A stretch of 64,000 bases of DNA from assembly GCA_016188775.1 (NCBI GenBank), contig JACPHC010000004.1, positions 12,704 through 76,703 of the forward strand, read 5' to 3'. Each line of letters starts with the position of its first letter. The first letter of the stretch is position 1. Source of the stretch: Parcubacteria group bacterium. GTDB lineage: Bacteria; Patescibacteriota; Minisyncoccia; JACPHC01. Below, in pieces: positions 18,382 to 28,497 of this stretch. The notes under the pieces were generated by a model that saw only the letters and a list, made by a program, of their open reading frames with translations, did no database searches and was not told where the DNA came from. Position numbers and translations under genes: made by a program.

Positions 18382-20394
18382 CTACGGCGAATAATTGATA
18401 GTAACGTCATATAATTCCGGAGTTTTTGAACTATCGGTCGTGGAAAAGAAAAACTTGTATCTTAAATAACGATTGTTGTTATGGCAAGCCCGATTAATTT
18501 TAGCATACGAAGCCGACGCGCTGATAGTATAATAAGTTCCGGCGGAGCAATCCGGCCCTTTGTAATTCCAAGTGGCGTTATCGTTATTAGTGGCGATTTG
18601 AGCCTTTAGGTCCGTGCTGGCCACTTGCGAAGACGGATTCCAAGCCAAAGTGTTAAAAGCTGAAGAAGCGACGGTATCAAGCGAAGTGGAAGTAAAATCG
18701 CCCGAGGCAACAAATCCGCCGCTTGAGCTGGCAAAAAGAATATCGTCAAAAAACAAAGTCGGCCGGGCCGTGGTCGCGTTTTCAATCATTGAAATGGACG
18801 TAATTGTAGCGCTGGCAATATTCATATCCGCCAAAGGAATGGAAACCAATTGCCAACTGGTCGGATCTTTATCCGGGCCGCCGGTCAAATATGAAGACAT
18901 ATTTACTTCGGTCGGACTTCCGCCCACTGGCTTTACTTTAAAATCCTGACCGTAATAATTGGGCGTGAAATAACTGGGCGGAGTGGGATTATCCAAAGCG
19001 GTCGCGTAATTATAATTGACATTGGCGTTTCGAAAATTCGTGTCAAAGGTTTTAACAATAACCGAACCATTGACGGTCAAAACTTGCGGACTAGAAATGG
19101 AAGAATCATTAATTCCTCCGGTTTCTGAAAAAATAAATCCGCTAATCGTAAAATTATTGTTGGCGCTAAATTGAATCGCGCCGGCGCCAAGCAAAGCCGG
19201 ATAAATGTTTTTATTTTTGCTGTTTAAAGTAGTGCTGTTGTAATTTTGCAATCTAACGTCCGTGGTATTGGTGACGATTGAGGCCGTATAGCTTCGGCCG
19301 GAAAAACTGCCGAAATCTATCGTTAATCTTCTAGCGGTATCGCTGAATTCCACGTAAACCAATTTATTGGCGTAACCGGCCAGGTCAGATTCGCTGATCG
19401 TGTAATTGGACGAGCCGGCATTGACGTAAATTCCACTGGATTGAGCTTCGGATTTAAACGAGGCGTAATTGGGCGTGGGAAAAATAGTGGTATAAGAATT
19501 ATAAGTATAAGAAGCGTAGCCGGAAAAACTATTGGTTAAAGTAATACCTGAACCGGTCGGGGCGCCGCCGGTGTTGGAATAAAAAGCAAAAGTCCAAGGC
19601 GCGACTGAATCAATATAAAAATCAAAAGAATTGAAACCCGCGGTGTTAAAACTTTTGGAAAATTTTATTTCCCCGGAGGCGGCAAATTTTGTCAGCAAAG
19701 ATTTGGCGCCGGTTCGGATCGGCTTATTGGTATTATTAAGATCAGTCGTGTTGCCGCCGATGTTGGAAAAAGTCCAACCGGTTCCCAAAGCGTCGGTATA
19801 GATATTTTCCGGACTGCCTCCGCCCGAAGTCGCCAGTCTTACTTCCCCGCCGGAATTATTGGTCGTCACAACGTTATTTTTTGTTCCGGCGTCAAATTCG
19901 GCTTGAGTGGTATGAATAAATTTATTGTTGTTCAAATATCGGGTTGAATAAATCGTATAACTGACTGATCTTGAAATAGGTTGGGACCAAGAAACCGTCA
20001 CGACCATTTTTTTGCTTGAAGGATCAGAGACGCCGCAAGCGACCAAAGCATCGGACGAATCCCGACAAACATCGGAAATAACTATTTTCCGGGTAAAATT
20101 TCCCACAGTTTCGCCAACCGGATCAGCGGTCAGAATCCATTTGCCGTTTGAATTAGCCGAAATTTTATAAGCGCCATTGGCTAAATTCTGCCAAGAATCT
20201 TCCCGAATCGACCGAGCCGCTTCCAAGTATTCCTGGGCCAAAAAATTGGCCTCGGCAATGGCTTCGCTTTGAATGAAACTGGAATAAGTCGAGACCACAA
20301 AATCCGTCAAGGCCGGCAAAAAAATCGCCAGCAGTCCCATAACGACGACAATTTCAATCATCGCTTGACCTTTTTTATTGTTTATTAATATCAT
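18382..20394 (-). CDS. Large pilin-like protein with C-terminal beta-rich adhesin/carbohydrate-binding-like domains
   Basis: KKG|QAMIEIVVVMGLL class III signal; 670 aa, Ser/Thr/Asn-rich; WQLVSIPLADM...FFDDILF CBM-like motif. Confidence 0.8.
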   Translation of the reverse strand: MILINNKKGQAMIEIVVVMGLLAIFLPALTDFVVSTYSSFIQSEAIAEANFLAQEYLEAARSIREDSWQNLANGAYKISANSNGKWILTADPVGETVGNFTRKIVISDVCRDSSDALVACGVSDPSSKKMVVTVSWSQPISRSVSYTIYSTRYLNNNKFIHTTQAEFDAGTKNNVVTTNNSGGEVRLATSGGGSPENIYTDALGTGWTFSNIGGNTTDLNNTNKPIRTGAKSLLTKFAASGEIKFSKSFNTAGFNSFDFYIDSVAPWTFAFYSNTGGAPTGSGITLTNSFSGYASYTYNSYTTIFPTPNYASFKSEAQSSGIYVNAGSSNYTISESDLAGYANKLVYVEFSDTARRLTIDFGSFSGRSYTASIVTNTTDVRLQNYNSTTLNSKNKNIYPALLGAGAIQFSANNNFTISGFIFSETGGINDSSISSPQVLTVNGSVIVKTFDTNFRNANVNYNYATALDNPTPPSYFTPNYYGQDFKVKPVGGSPTEVNMSSYLTGGPDKDPTSWQLVSIPLADMNIASATITSISMIENATTARPTLFFDDILFASSSGGFVASGDFTSTSLDTVASSAFNTLAWNPSSQVASTDLKAQIATNNDNATWNYKGPDCSAGTYYTISASASYAKINRACHNNNRYLRYKFFFSTTDSSKTPELYDVTINYSP

Positions 20395-20439
20395 ATTTTC
20401 CTAATTTAAAAGGTGTTCTAAAAATTTTTAGGATACTTT

Positions 20440-20491
20440 TTTTATTTATTTCCAATATACTGGTATACCAGTATATTGGAAATAAATAAAA
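20440..20491. repeat. Perfect 52-bp palindrome
   Basis: ttttatttatttccaatatactggta|taccagtatattggaaataaataaaa. Confidence 0.95.
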
Positions 20492-20959
20492 TTATTGAAC
20501 TTCAATAACCCCGGATTTATAAATTGTCATTGTTTTGGAAAGTCCGGTTTGAGTGTTTTGGATAATCAAAGTATTTTGGCCCGAAGAGAAAGATTCGACT
20601 TCTCCGATTAATTTAGTGAAAATAATTTGCGACGATGGAAAGGTTACGCTGGAAAACGTATAACCCGAAGAAAGAGTGGAAACAAAATTAGTTCCCGCGC
20701 CGGCCGAATACGGCGCCTGAAATAGAGTGAAAGAAGTCGAGTCAAAAAAAACGCCGAATTTGGCGGCTGTGGAACCGGATTCGGCAAAGCCGGTCATTGA
20801 TTTGACCCGGGCTTCAAAAAACGTGTTTTTAATTTGAGCGACCGCGGCCGAAAGTTCCGTGTCAATAATGGGTTTGACCGCGTTTAAACTTATCAAGGCG
20901 GCCAAAATCGCGAAAATCGCGACGCTGATGGAAATTTCAATGAGAGTAAAGCCCCGCAT
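20492..20959 (-). CDS. Minor type IV pilin (FimT/GspH-like)
   Basis: MRG|FTLIEISISVAIF. Confidence 0.85.
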   Translation of the reverse strand: MRGFTLIEISISVAIFAILAALISLNAVKPIIDTELSAAVAQIKNTFFEARVKSMTGFAESGSTAAKFGVFFDSTSFTLFQAPYSAGAGTNFVSTLSSGYTFSSVTFPSSQIIFTKLIGEVESFSSGQNTLIIQNTQTGLSKTMTIYKSGVIEVQ

Positions 20960-20960
20960 T

Positions 20961-22019
20961 TTATCTGGCTCCGATTCGGCCGATTAATTGATAAATCGGA
21001 GCGATAATCGTAATCACTATCAAAGCCACTAAAGTTCCGACGACAACAATCAAAAGAGGCTCAATCAAAGTTGATAAAGTCTTCAAAATGTTGGCGGCTT
21101 TTCTTTCATAAAAAACGGCTAAATCAATCAGCACTTGATCCAGATTGCCGGATTTCCAGCCCACGGCCACGGCTGAACGGTACATTTGAGGAAAAAGATC
21201 GGGCCAAGCGCCTAAAGCCATGTCCAAAGAAACGCCCTTGGAAACATCGTCTTTAATAACCGGCATAGCGGACCGATAAACCGGGTCTTCAAAAACATTG
21301 GCGGCCAGCTCCAGCGACTCCAGTATCGGAATGCCGGAGGCAAAAAGCAAACTCAAGGTTCGGGCGTATTTGGCCAGATTAACGGCTTGAACCAATTTGT
21401 TGATTCCGGGCAGGCGTTTAAAAAAAGAAAATATAACGAGACGAACCGGTTTTAAAACCCGCCAGACAAAAACAAAAACGAGAACAATAAAAATTAAAAA
21501 TAAAATGGAACTTAAAATATTCCGGCTCAAAATCGCCGAGATGGAAAATAAAATCTGGGTGTAGACAGGAACTTTTAATTGAAGTTTGGCGAAAACGGAC
21601 GCCACCCGAGGAATGACAAAAAGAAAAATGAAAAATAAAATAACGATGGCCAGTCCCAAAACTAAAAGAGGGTAAAAGGCCGCGGCTTGAAGATTTTTTT
21701 TGATATTGTAGGAATTTTCCAGCTCTTCTGCCAAAAAACTGATGTTGCGATCCAAGGTGCCGCTTTGCTCGCCGGCTCGAATCGCGGCCGTGAAAACTTT
21801 GTCAAAATACCGAGGGTGATCTTCAAAACTTTCAGTCAAGCTTTTGCCGCTGGAAATGGAAACGAGCATCGCCTGAAAAACTTTTTTAGCTTCCCGGCTT
21901 TCCGCTTCCACTGATAAAATTTCAAAAATCTCGATTAAATTAAGTCCGGATTTCAAAAGCAGATGAAAATTCTTTAAAAAATTTATCCGCTCAAGTAGTG
22001 AAAATTTTTTAGTAAACAT
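20961..22019 (-). CDS. pilC: PilC/GspF platform protein (cluster 2)
   Basis: AGEQSGTL, AAFYP, GIPILESL, GWKSGNL, LIEP; lacks the N-terminal extension of the cluster-1 copy. Confidence 0.9.
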   Translation of the reverse strand: MFTKKFSLLERINFLKNFHLLLKSGLNLIEIFEILSVEAESREAKKVFQAMLVSISSGKSLTESFEDHPRYFDKVFTAAIRAGEQSGTLDRNISFLAEELENSYNIKKNLQAAAFYPLLVLGLAIVILFFIFLFVIPRVASVFAKLQLKVPVYTQILFSISAILSRNILSSILFLIFIVLVFVFVWRVLKPVRLVIFSFFKRLPGINKLVQAVNLAKYARTLSLLFASGIPILESLELAANVFEDPVYRSAMPVIKDDVSKGVSLDMALGAWPDLFPQMYRSAVAVGWKSGNLDQVLIDLAVFYERKAANILKTLSTLIEPLLIVVVGTLVALIVITIIAPIYQLIGRIGAR

Positions 22020-22058
22020 TTTTCTCTATAATAAAACAAAATAGAAATTTCAGCAGTT

Positions 22059-22142
22059 GTCATTGCGAGCGACCGAAGGGAGCGCGGCAATCTCAAGCAT
22101 TTAACAAATGATTGCTTCGTCGCTTACGCTCTTCGCAATGAC
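22059..22142. repeat. GTCATTGCGAG REP-like element, copy 3
   Basis: GTCATTGCGAG...GGCAATCTC...GATTGCTTCG...TTCGCAATGAC. Confidence 0.8.
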
Positions 22143-22245
22143 GGACGCGAATGTTCAATTTTACGAAGTTCAACTTCGCAAGGTTTCGCTTCGTAAGGTT
22201 TCACGGACGCGAATGTTGAAATTTTTATTTCATTATCTTTTAAAT

Positions 22246-23910
22246 TTATAAAACTCTTAAAACTTCTTCAATCGTTGTCAGGCCCGCGTCCACTTTTTCA
22301 AGGCCGTCCTCAAAAAGCGTCGTCATTCCTTCTTTTTTCGCTTGCGTCAAAATTTTTTGATCCGCCTCTCCTCTGAAAATCATTTGCCGGATAGCGTCGC
22401 TGAATTTCAAAACTTCAAAAATACCGATGCGGCCCTGAAAACCCGAACCGCCGCATTGAGGGCAACCCGTGCCGTGAAAAAACTGCCGGCCTCCAAGACT
22501 GACGCCGAATTCTTTTTCCGCCGCCTCTAAAACCAAAGGCGACGGCTGGTAAGAGCCGATGCAAACCAAACACGGCCTCCGAACCAAACGTTGGGCAATG
22601 GCCGCGTTCAAAGTTGAACTCAAAAGAAAGGGCCGAATTTTCAAATCCAGCAGTCTTGTTAAAGACCCAATAGCGTCTTGAGTGTGCAAAGTGGATAGAA
22701 CCAACTGGCCGGTCAGGGCGGCGTGAATGACAATTTCAGCCGTTTCTTCATCCCTGATTTCTCCGACCATAACTATATTGGGGTCGTGGCGCAAAATCGA
22801 GCGCAGACCAACGGCAAAATCAATGCCGGTTTTAGGATTAACCTGAATCTGATTGAGACGGGGAATGGTGTATTCAATCGGGTCCTCAATAGTCTCAATG
22901 CTGACTCGGGGATTATTCAAAACATTAATCATATTATAAAGAGTCGTTGTCTTGCCGGAGCCGGTTGGGCCGACCACTAAAATCAAACCGAATGATTTTT
23001 TGAGTTCTTCTTGAACAATCTCCAGTTGTCGGCCGGAAAGTCCGGTTTCTTCCAAATTCTTCGGCCGGCCTAATTCCGAAAGCACTCTCGTTTCAATGCT
23101 CTCCCCTTCTTCGGTCGGCAAAATGGAAACCCTGACGGAAACTTTTTCTTTTTGAAAAGAAAAAGTGAAACGGCCGTCTTGAGGCTGATAATGTTCGTCT
23201 ATTTTCAAATTGGCCAAAATTTTAATTCGGGCCAACAAAGGGTCGTAAATTTTGGGCGGCAGTTTCAAAACGTCAAAAAGCGCGCCTTCAATTCTTAACC
23301 GGACGATAATCTCTCCCAAAAATTTATCAATATGGATATCGGAGGCGCCTTTGGCGGCGGCGTAGGTTAAAATCAAATCCAGGATTTTCACCACCGGCGC
23401 TTCTTTGGCCCCTTGTTCCCCGGTTGCCTTGACCGCGGCGATTGATTTTTCAATCAGGGACGGAAGCTGTTTTTCAAAATTTTGAAAATAAAGCCCGAGA
23501 GCGTAATTAAAAGAACCTCGGGTCATAAAATAAGAAGTAACTTCGCTTCTGGTTTTTTTTCTGACCAATTCAATCGCTTCCAAATCTTTCGGATTTTCCA
23601 TTGCCAGAAAAACTTTTTTATCTTCTTTTTTAAAAACAATAATATGATATTCTTCGGCGATTTCTTGCGGGACTAAATTTAGGATTTCCAGGGGTATTTG
23701 AGTTCTTTTTAAATCAATATAAGGAACTTTAAAATACCAGCCGGCCACTTCGCCGAAATATTTTTCCGCGATTATTCCTTTTTCAATTAAAACATCCAAA
23801 AGATTTTTTCCCAGCGTGCCCGCGGTTTCTTCGGCCAAACGCATTTCTTCTTCCGGAACGATTCCTTGGCCGATAAGAATTTGTTTTATGTCATCATTTG
23901 AAAGAATCAT
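22246..23910 (-). CDS. pilB: PilB/GspE assembly ATPase (cluster 2)
   Basis: GASDIHI, PQDGRF, GPTGSGKTT, TIEDPIEY, LRHDPNIVMVGEIRD, CLVC/CPQC. Confidence 0.95.
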   Translation of the reverse strand: MILSNDDIKQILIGQGIVPEEEMRLAEETAGTLGKNLLDVLIEKGIIAEKYFGEVAGWYFKVPYIDLKRTQIPLEILNLVPQEIAEEYHIIVFKKEDKKVFLAMENPKDLEAIELVRKKTRSEVTSYFMTRGSFNYALGLYFQNFEKQLPSLIEKSIAAVKATGEQGAKEAPVVKILDLILTYAAAKGASDIHIDKFLGEIIVRLRIEGALFDVLKLPPKIYDPLLARIKILANLKIDEHYQPQDGRFTFSFQKEKVSVRVSILPTEEGESIETRVLSELGRPKNLEETGLSGRQLEIVQEELKKSFGLILVVGPTGSGKTTTLYNMINVLNNPRVSIETIEDPIEYTIPRLNQIQVNPKTGIDFAVGLRSILRHDPNIVMVGEIRDEETAEIVIHAALTGQLVLSTLHTQDAIGSLTRLLDLKIRPFLLSSTLNAAIAQRLVRRPCLVCIGSYQPSPLVLEAAEKEFGVSLGGRQFFHGTGCPQCGGSGFQGRIGIFEVLKFSDAIRQMIFRGEADQKILTQAKKEGMTTLFEDGLEKVDAGLTTIEEVLRVL

Positions 23911-24022
23911 TTGACGCTAAAATTAGATTTTTGGTATACTTATTTAAGTAAGTATCTTAAAAATTTTTAGAATACTTACTTGTCGTTAATTTATAATAAA
24001 AAGCGAAGCTTTTGATTAAATT

Positions 24023-24463
24023 ATGAAAAATAAAGGTTTTACCTTGATCGAAGTTTTGGTCGTTGTCGGCATGCTCGCCATTTTAATGGCGATTGTGATC
24101 ATTGCCATTAACCCGCCCAGGCAATTTTCTTTGGCCAACAATACCAAGCGCCGTTCCGATATTCTGGCTATCCTAAACGCGGTCCATCAATACGCGGCTG
24201 ACAATAAAGGAACTTTGCCGTCAGTCATTACCACCACTTCCACGGATATGGGAACCGGCTCCGGCGAAATCAATATCTGCACGTATTTAGTTCCCAATTA
24301 TTTGGCCGAGATGCCCTTTGACCCAAAAGCCTCCGGCGCTAATTATTCCAGTTGCACCAGCTACGAAACGAAATATCAAATCAAAAAAGATTCCACCACC
24401 AGCCGAATAACCGTTGCCGCTTCCTCGGCCGAACTGAGCGAAACGATTTCAATCACCAGATAA
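24023..24463 (+). CDS. Type IV pilin (probable major pilin of cluster 2)
   Basis: NKG|FTLIEVLVVVGML; divergent from pilB2; C-terminal Cys pair. Confidence 0.9.
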   Translation: MKNKGFTLIEVLVVVGMLAILMAIVIIAINPPRQFSLANNTKRRSDILAILNAVHQYAADNKGTLPSVITTTSTDMGTGSGEINICTYLVPNYLAEMPFDPKASGANYSSCTSYETKYQIKKDSTTSRITVAASSAELSETISITR

Positions 24464-24528
24464 ATTTAAGCTCCGCTTTTTTAATTATAAATCTTAAAAG
24501 AAATTCAAGCAATAGGTCTAATTAATAA

Positions 24529-26031
24529 ATGTTCCGCCGATTCACCGATCAATTTATTTTCGTCATCATCATCAATGTTGTTATTTTCGTTATTTTAGGC
24601 GGCTACGCTCTTTGGTCGCTCAATTCCTTAAAAAACATCAATCAACGCTCAAAATTAATTTCCGGAACGCTCATCCTGAATGTCATAAAATTTAAAAATT
24701 ATTTTGATAATAATTATGTTGACTCGATTTCACTGGAACAAAATTTAATCTCATCCGATATTTTCAAAAAAGATTTTAGCGAACGCGTTTCTAAAAAAGA
24801 GGAAATTATCTCTGCCTTAAGTTTTTTTCCGGGAGATTTTAAAAAAGGCGGAGGTATCAGCGCGGAGGAACATAATTTTGCCAAAAATCTTGAAACTCAA
24901 TTGATCGATTTGACCGTCAGTTCCCGAGATCAAGACTCTTCTCTGGAAAATCTGATTAAGCTAAAAGAAACGGGAAGCGATATCAAATCCGGACTTCAAG
25001 AAATTGGAGAAAAAACCAAAAATACGGATAAACTTTTAAGTCAAATACTTTTGGCCGTCGGATCATTGGAAGGAATAAATTTTGATCATTTTCAAAACGC
25101 TCAAAACAAATCAGCCAAAAATATCTTTATCATTTTAACGGTTTTCAGTTTTATCTCCATCGGCATAATGATAGCAACCGTTTTGACGATAGCGTCCGGC
25201 CTAAACGCTATCCTGGAAGGCATTAAAAAATTTTCCAAAAACGAGTATAATTATCGCATACCTTTAAAATCCCAAAATGAACTCGGCCTGATTGCCAATT
25301 ATTTAAACACGGCCATTATCAATATTGAAAAAATGGATGAGCTGAAAACAAGCTTCATCTCCATCGCTTCGCATCAAATCAGAACGCCTTTGGCGGCCAC
25401 CCGCTGGTTTTCCGAAATGCTTCTTTCCGGAGACGCCGGTCCGCTCAACCAATTCCAAAAAGAATTCGCCGAAGAGCTTCATAACGGCATTTTGCGAATA
25501 TCCGAAATCGTCAACACTCTTTTGGCTCTTTCTCGAATCGAGGCTGGAAAACTGGTAATGCAACCGGTTTCCACCGATGTTATTTTGCTGACGGAAAATA
25601 TTGTCGCCAGTTTTGCTCCTCAACTCCAAACAAAAGAGCTTAAAATAGAGTTTTTGCCCGCGCCACCCATTCCAGTTATTCAAATAGATCCGAATCTGCT
25701 CCGCGAGGCCGTCAGCAATTTAATCGCCAATTCTATACAATACACCGAAGCCGGTGGTATAATAAAAGTAAAGGTGAGTAAGTTAGGCAACGATATTCAA
25801 TATTCGGTTGAAGATAACGGCATTGGAATTCCGGAAAACCAAAAATCGCAATTATTTGAAAAATTTTTCAGAGCGGATAACGCGCGGCTGAAAGTTCCGG
25901 ACGGACTGGGTCTGGGACTAAATTTAATAAAACGCTTGATTGAACTTTGGGGCGGCAAAATCTGGTTTGAATCCGAAGTGGGCAAAGGAACGACTTTTTA
26001 CTTCACTATTCCTTATATTAAGGAAATATAA
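24529..26031 (+). CDS. Sensor histidine kinase (HAMP, HisKA, HATPase)
   Basis: SHQIRTPL H-box, NLIANSIQY, DNGIGI, GLGLGL. Confidence 0.92.
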   Translation: MFRRFTDQFIFVIIINVVIFVILGGYALWSLNSLKNINQRSKLISGTLILNVIKFKNYFDNNYVDSISLEQNLISSDIFKKDFSERVSKKEEIISALSFFPGDFKKGGGISAEEHNFAKNLETQLIDLTVSSRDQDSSLENLIKLKETGSDIKSGLQEIGEKTKNTDKLLSQILLAVGSLEGINFDHFQNAQNKSAKNIFIILTVFSFISIGIMIATVLTIASGLNAILEGIKKFSKNEYNYRIPLKSQNELGLIANYLNTAIINIEKMDELKTSFISIASHQIRTPLAATRWFSEMLLSGDAGPLNQFQKEFAEELHNGILRISEIVNTLLALSRIEAGKLVMQPVSTDVILLTENIVASFAPQLQTKELKIEFLPAPPIPVIQIDPNLLREAVSNLIANSIQYTEAGGIIKVKVSKLGNDIQYSVEDNGIGIPENQKSQLFEKFFRADNARLKVPDGLGLGLNLIKRLIELWGGKIWFESEVGKGTTFYFTIPYIKEI

Positions 26032-26044
26032 AAATTGCAGGTTT

Positions 26045-26425
26045 ATGGACGCTAAAAATAAAAAAATCCTTGTTGTTGAAGACGACCGAGCCACGCTCGC
26101 CGCGCTTTCTTTCAAATTACAAGTCAAAAACATCAAGGCCGACACGGCCAAAGACGGCCAAGAAGCAATAGAAAAAATAAAAAACGCCGCCTATGACGTA
26201 ATTTTACTGGATATTCTCCTGCCAAAAATCAACGGCTTCACGGTATTGGAAGAAATCAGAAAAAAATATCCTTCGGCTCAAACAAAAGTATATATGATTT
26301 CCAATCTGGGACAGGCCGAAGAAGTTTCCAAGGCGATGAGTCTGGGCGCGGACGGCTATATTGTCAAAGCCGAAACCTCGCTTGACGGCATTGTCCAAAA
26401 AGTTACGGAAATTACTGGCAACTAA
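26045..26425 (+). CDS. Single-domain response regulator (receiver)
   Basis: ILVVEDD, ILLDILLPKING, GADGYIVK; likely start MDAKNKK at 26045. Confidence 0.9.
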   Translation: MDAKNKKILVVEDDRATLAALSFKLQVKNIKADTAKDGQEAIEKIKNAAYDVILLDILLPKINGFTVLEEIRKKYPSAQTKVYMISNLGQAEEVSKAMSLGADGYIVKAETSLDGIVQKVTEITGN

Positions 26426-26447
26426 AATTAAATTGATAAAATTAAAT

Positions 26448-26476
26448 AAAAAAAACTCCTTAAATGGAGTTTTTTT
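26448..26476. terminator. Bidirectional terminator
   Basis: AAAAAAAACTCC-ttaaat-GGAGTTTTTTT between convergent genes. Confidence 0.75.
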
Positions 26477-26483
26477 AAAATTT

Positions 26484-28316
26484 TTAAGATTGGCGATTTA
26501 TGATTTCGTTTATTTCATCTTTTTCTAAAGTTTCTTTCTCAATCAGTTTTTCGGCCAGACTCGCCAAAATTATCGATTTTCTTTTTAAAATTTCTTTCGC
26601 GTTTTTATAGCAAGCGTCAATCAGAATTTTCACTTCTTGATCGATCATTCTCGCGGTTTCTTCGGAATAATCTTTCGTTTGAGCGATGTCTCTCCCCAAA
26701 AAAACTTCGCTTTTGCCCTGTTCATAAAAAATCGTCCCTAAATTTTCGCTCATTCCCCATTCCGCTATCATTTTTCTCGCCAGTTCGAAGGCTTTTTTAA
26801 AATCGTCTCTCGCGCCATTGGTAATTCCAAGCCCCAGCATCTTTTCGGCGATTCGGCCGCCGAGAAAAATAGAAATCTCCGCTTTAAGATAATCTTCAAA
26901 ATAAAGATGCCTGTCGTCTTCCGGCAAAGAATGAGTGGCGCCAAGCGAGTACCCGCGAGGAATAATGGTAACTTTATTTATTTCATCGGCGTTGGGCAAA
27001 GATTTCGCGACTAAAGTATGCCCGGCTTCGTGCCAAGCGACCACTTTCTTTTCCTTTTCATTCATAATAATGTTTTGGCTGATACCCATTAAAAGGCGAT
27101 CGATGGCGGCTTCAAAATCCGACTCTTCAACTTTTAATTTATTCATTCTCGCGGCAATTAAAACCGCTTCGTTAGCCAGATTGGCAAGATCGGCGCCAAC
27201 TAAGCCTGGAGTCATTTTAGCTATTTTAGCAAGATTGACATTAGCCGATAAAATAATTGATTTTGTGTGAATTTTTAAAATTTCTTCCCGTTCTTTTATA
27301 TTCGGCCTCGGGATAACAATATGTCTGTCAAAACGGCCGGGCCTTGTCAGGGCCGAGTCTAAAATATCCGGCCTGTTTGTCGCCGCGAAAACTATTATTG
27401 TCTCATGGGAGTCAAATCCGTCCATTTCAATAAGAATCTGATTCAGCGCTTGTTCCCTTTCATCATGCCCGCCTCCAATACCGGCGCCCCGATGCCGGCC
27501 AATCGCGTCAAGCTCGTCTATAAAAACAACGCAGGGGGTTTTTTTCTTCGCCTTTTCGAATAAATCCCGAACTCGCGCCGCTCCAACGCCCACATACATT
27601 TCCACGAACGCGGAACCCGATTCGGAAAAAAACGGAACACCCGCTTCTCCGGCAACGGCTTTGGCAAGAAGAGTTTTTCCCGTTCCCGGAGGCCCGATAA
27701 AAAGAAGCCCTCGGGGAATTTTCGCGCCAAGTTTTCTGAATTTTTCCGGCTCTTTTAAAAATTCAATAACTTCTTTTACTTCTTCTTTGGCTTTTTCACA
27801 GCCGGCAACATCTTCAAAAGTTATTTTATTTTTTTCAACGGCGGAAATTTCTTTCGCCCTCGCTTTTGTAAAACCGATTTGATTATTTAATCCGCTTTTG
27901 GTTTGTCTTATGAAAAAAATCACGTAAATAGCCGTAACGCCCAAAAGAAAAAGAACAAGCAGGTTTAAAAAAGAAAAAGAGGACGGGGGTATAATTTTCA
28001 ATCCAACCCCGTGATCTTTTAATTTATTCAGAAAATCCATATCGCCGGCCAAAGAAGAAAAAACATCAATCGCGTATAATCTTTGATCTTTCGACATCCA
28101 TTTTAATCTGCCGTCACTTAGCCGCAATTCCGCGTAAGAAACTTGATTCGATTCCACCAATTTAAGAAATGAGGTTATTGTTTGATAAGATGTTTTGTCT
28201 AAATATCCGTTTGTCGCGCCGTTTTCTTTAATTGAAACCGTGTTATTGATAAAAAACACGGCCAAAGAAGCGATAAGAACGCCTATTATTATAAACATTA
28301 TGTTTCGCGGAAACAT
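26484..28316 (-). CDS. ftsH: ATP-dependent zinc metalloprotease FtsH
   Basis: Two TMs, [35 protein letters not shown]. Confidence 0.97.
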   Translation of the reverse strand: MFPRNIMFIIIGVLIASLAVFFINNTVSIKENGATNGYLDKTSYQTITSFLKLVESNQVSYAELRLSDGRLKWMSKDQRLYAIDVFSSLAGDMDFLNKLKDHGVGLKIIPPSSFSFLNLLVLFLLGVTAIYVIFFIRQTKSGLNNQIGFTKARAKEISAVEKNKITFEDVAGCEKAKEEVKEVIEFLKEPEKFRKLGAKIPRGLLFIGPPGTGKTLLAKAVAGEAGVPFFSESGSAFVEMYVGVGAARVRDLFEKAKKKTPCVVFIDELDAIGRHRGAGIGGGHDEREQALNQILIEMDGFDSHETIIVFAATNRPDILDSALTRPGRFDRHIVIPRPNIKEREEILKIHTKSIILSANVNLAKIAKMTPGLVGADLANLANEAVLIAARMNKLKVEESDFEAAIDRLLMGISQNIIMNEKEKKVVAWHEAGHTLVAKSLPNADEINKVTIIPRGYSLGATHSLPEDDRHLYFEDYLKAEISIFLGGRIAEKMLGLGITNGARDDFKKAFELARKMIAEWGMSENLGTIFYEQGKSEVFLGRDIAQTKDYSEETARMIDQEVKILIDACYKNAKEILKRKSIILASLAEKLIEKETLEKDEINEIINRQS

Positions 28317-28497
28317 TTTTTCTCCTTTTAAAAAGAATTTTTCAAGGAACTTGATTTTAAATTATCCCAATTTTTTTGTTTTGTCAAAAGAAAAAAACAC
28401 CTTTAAAAAGTGTCTAATTAAACCGGCGAATAACCGGTTTTTTTAATTAGAAATCACTTCAAATGTCTGCTCAAGCGATTCTTCAGTTACAGCGCGC

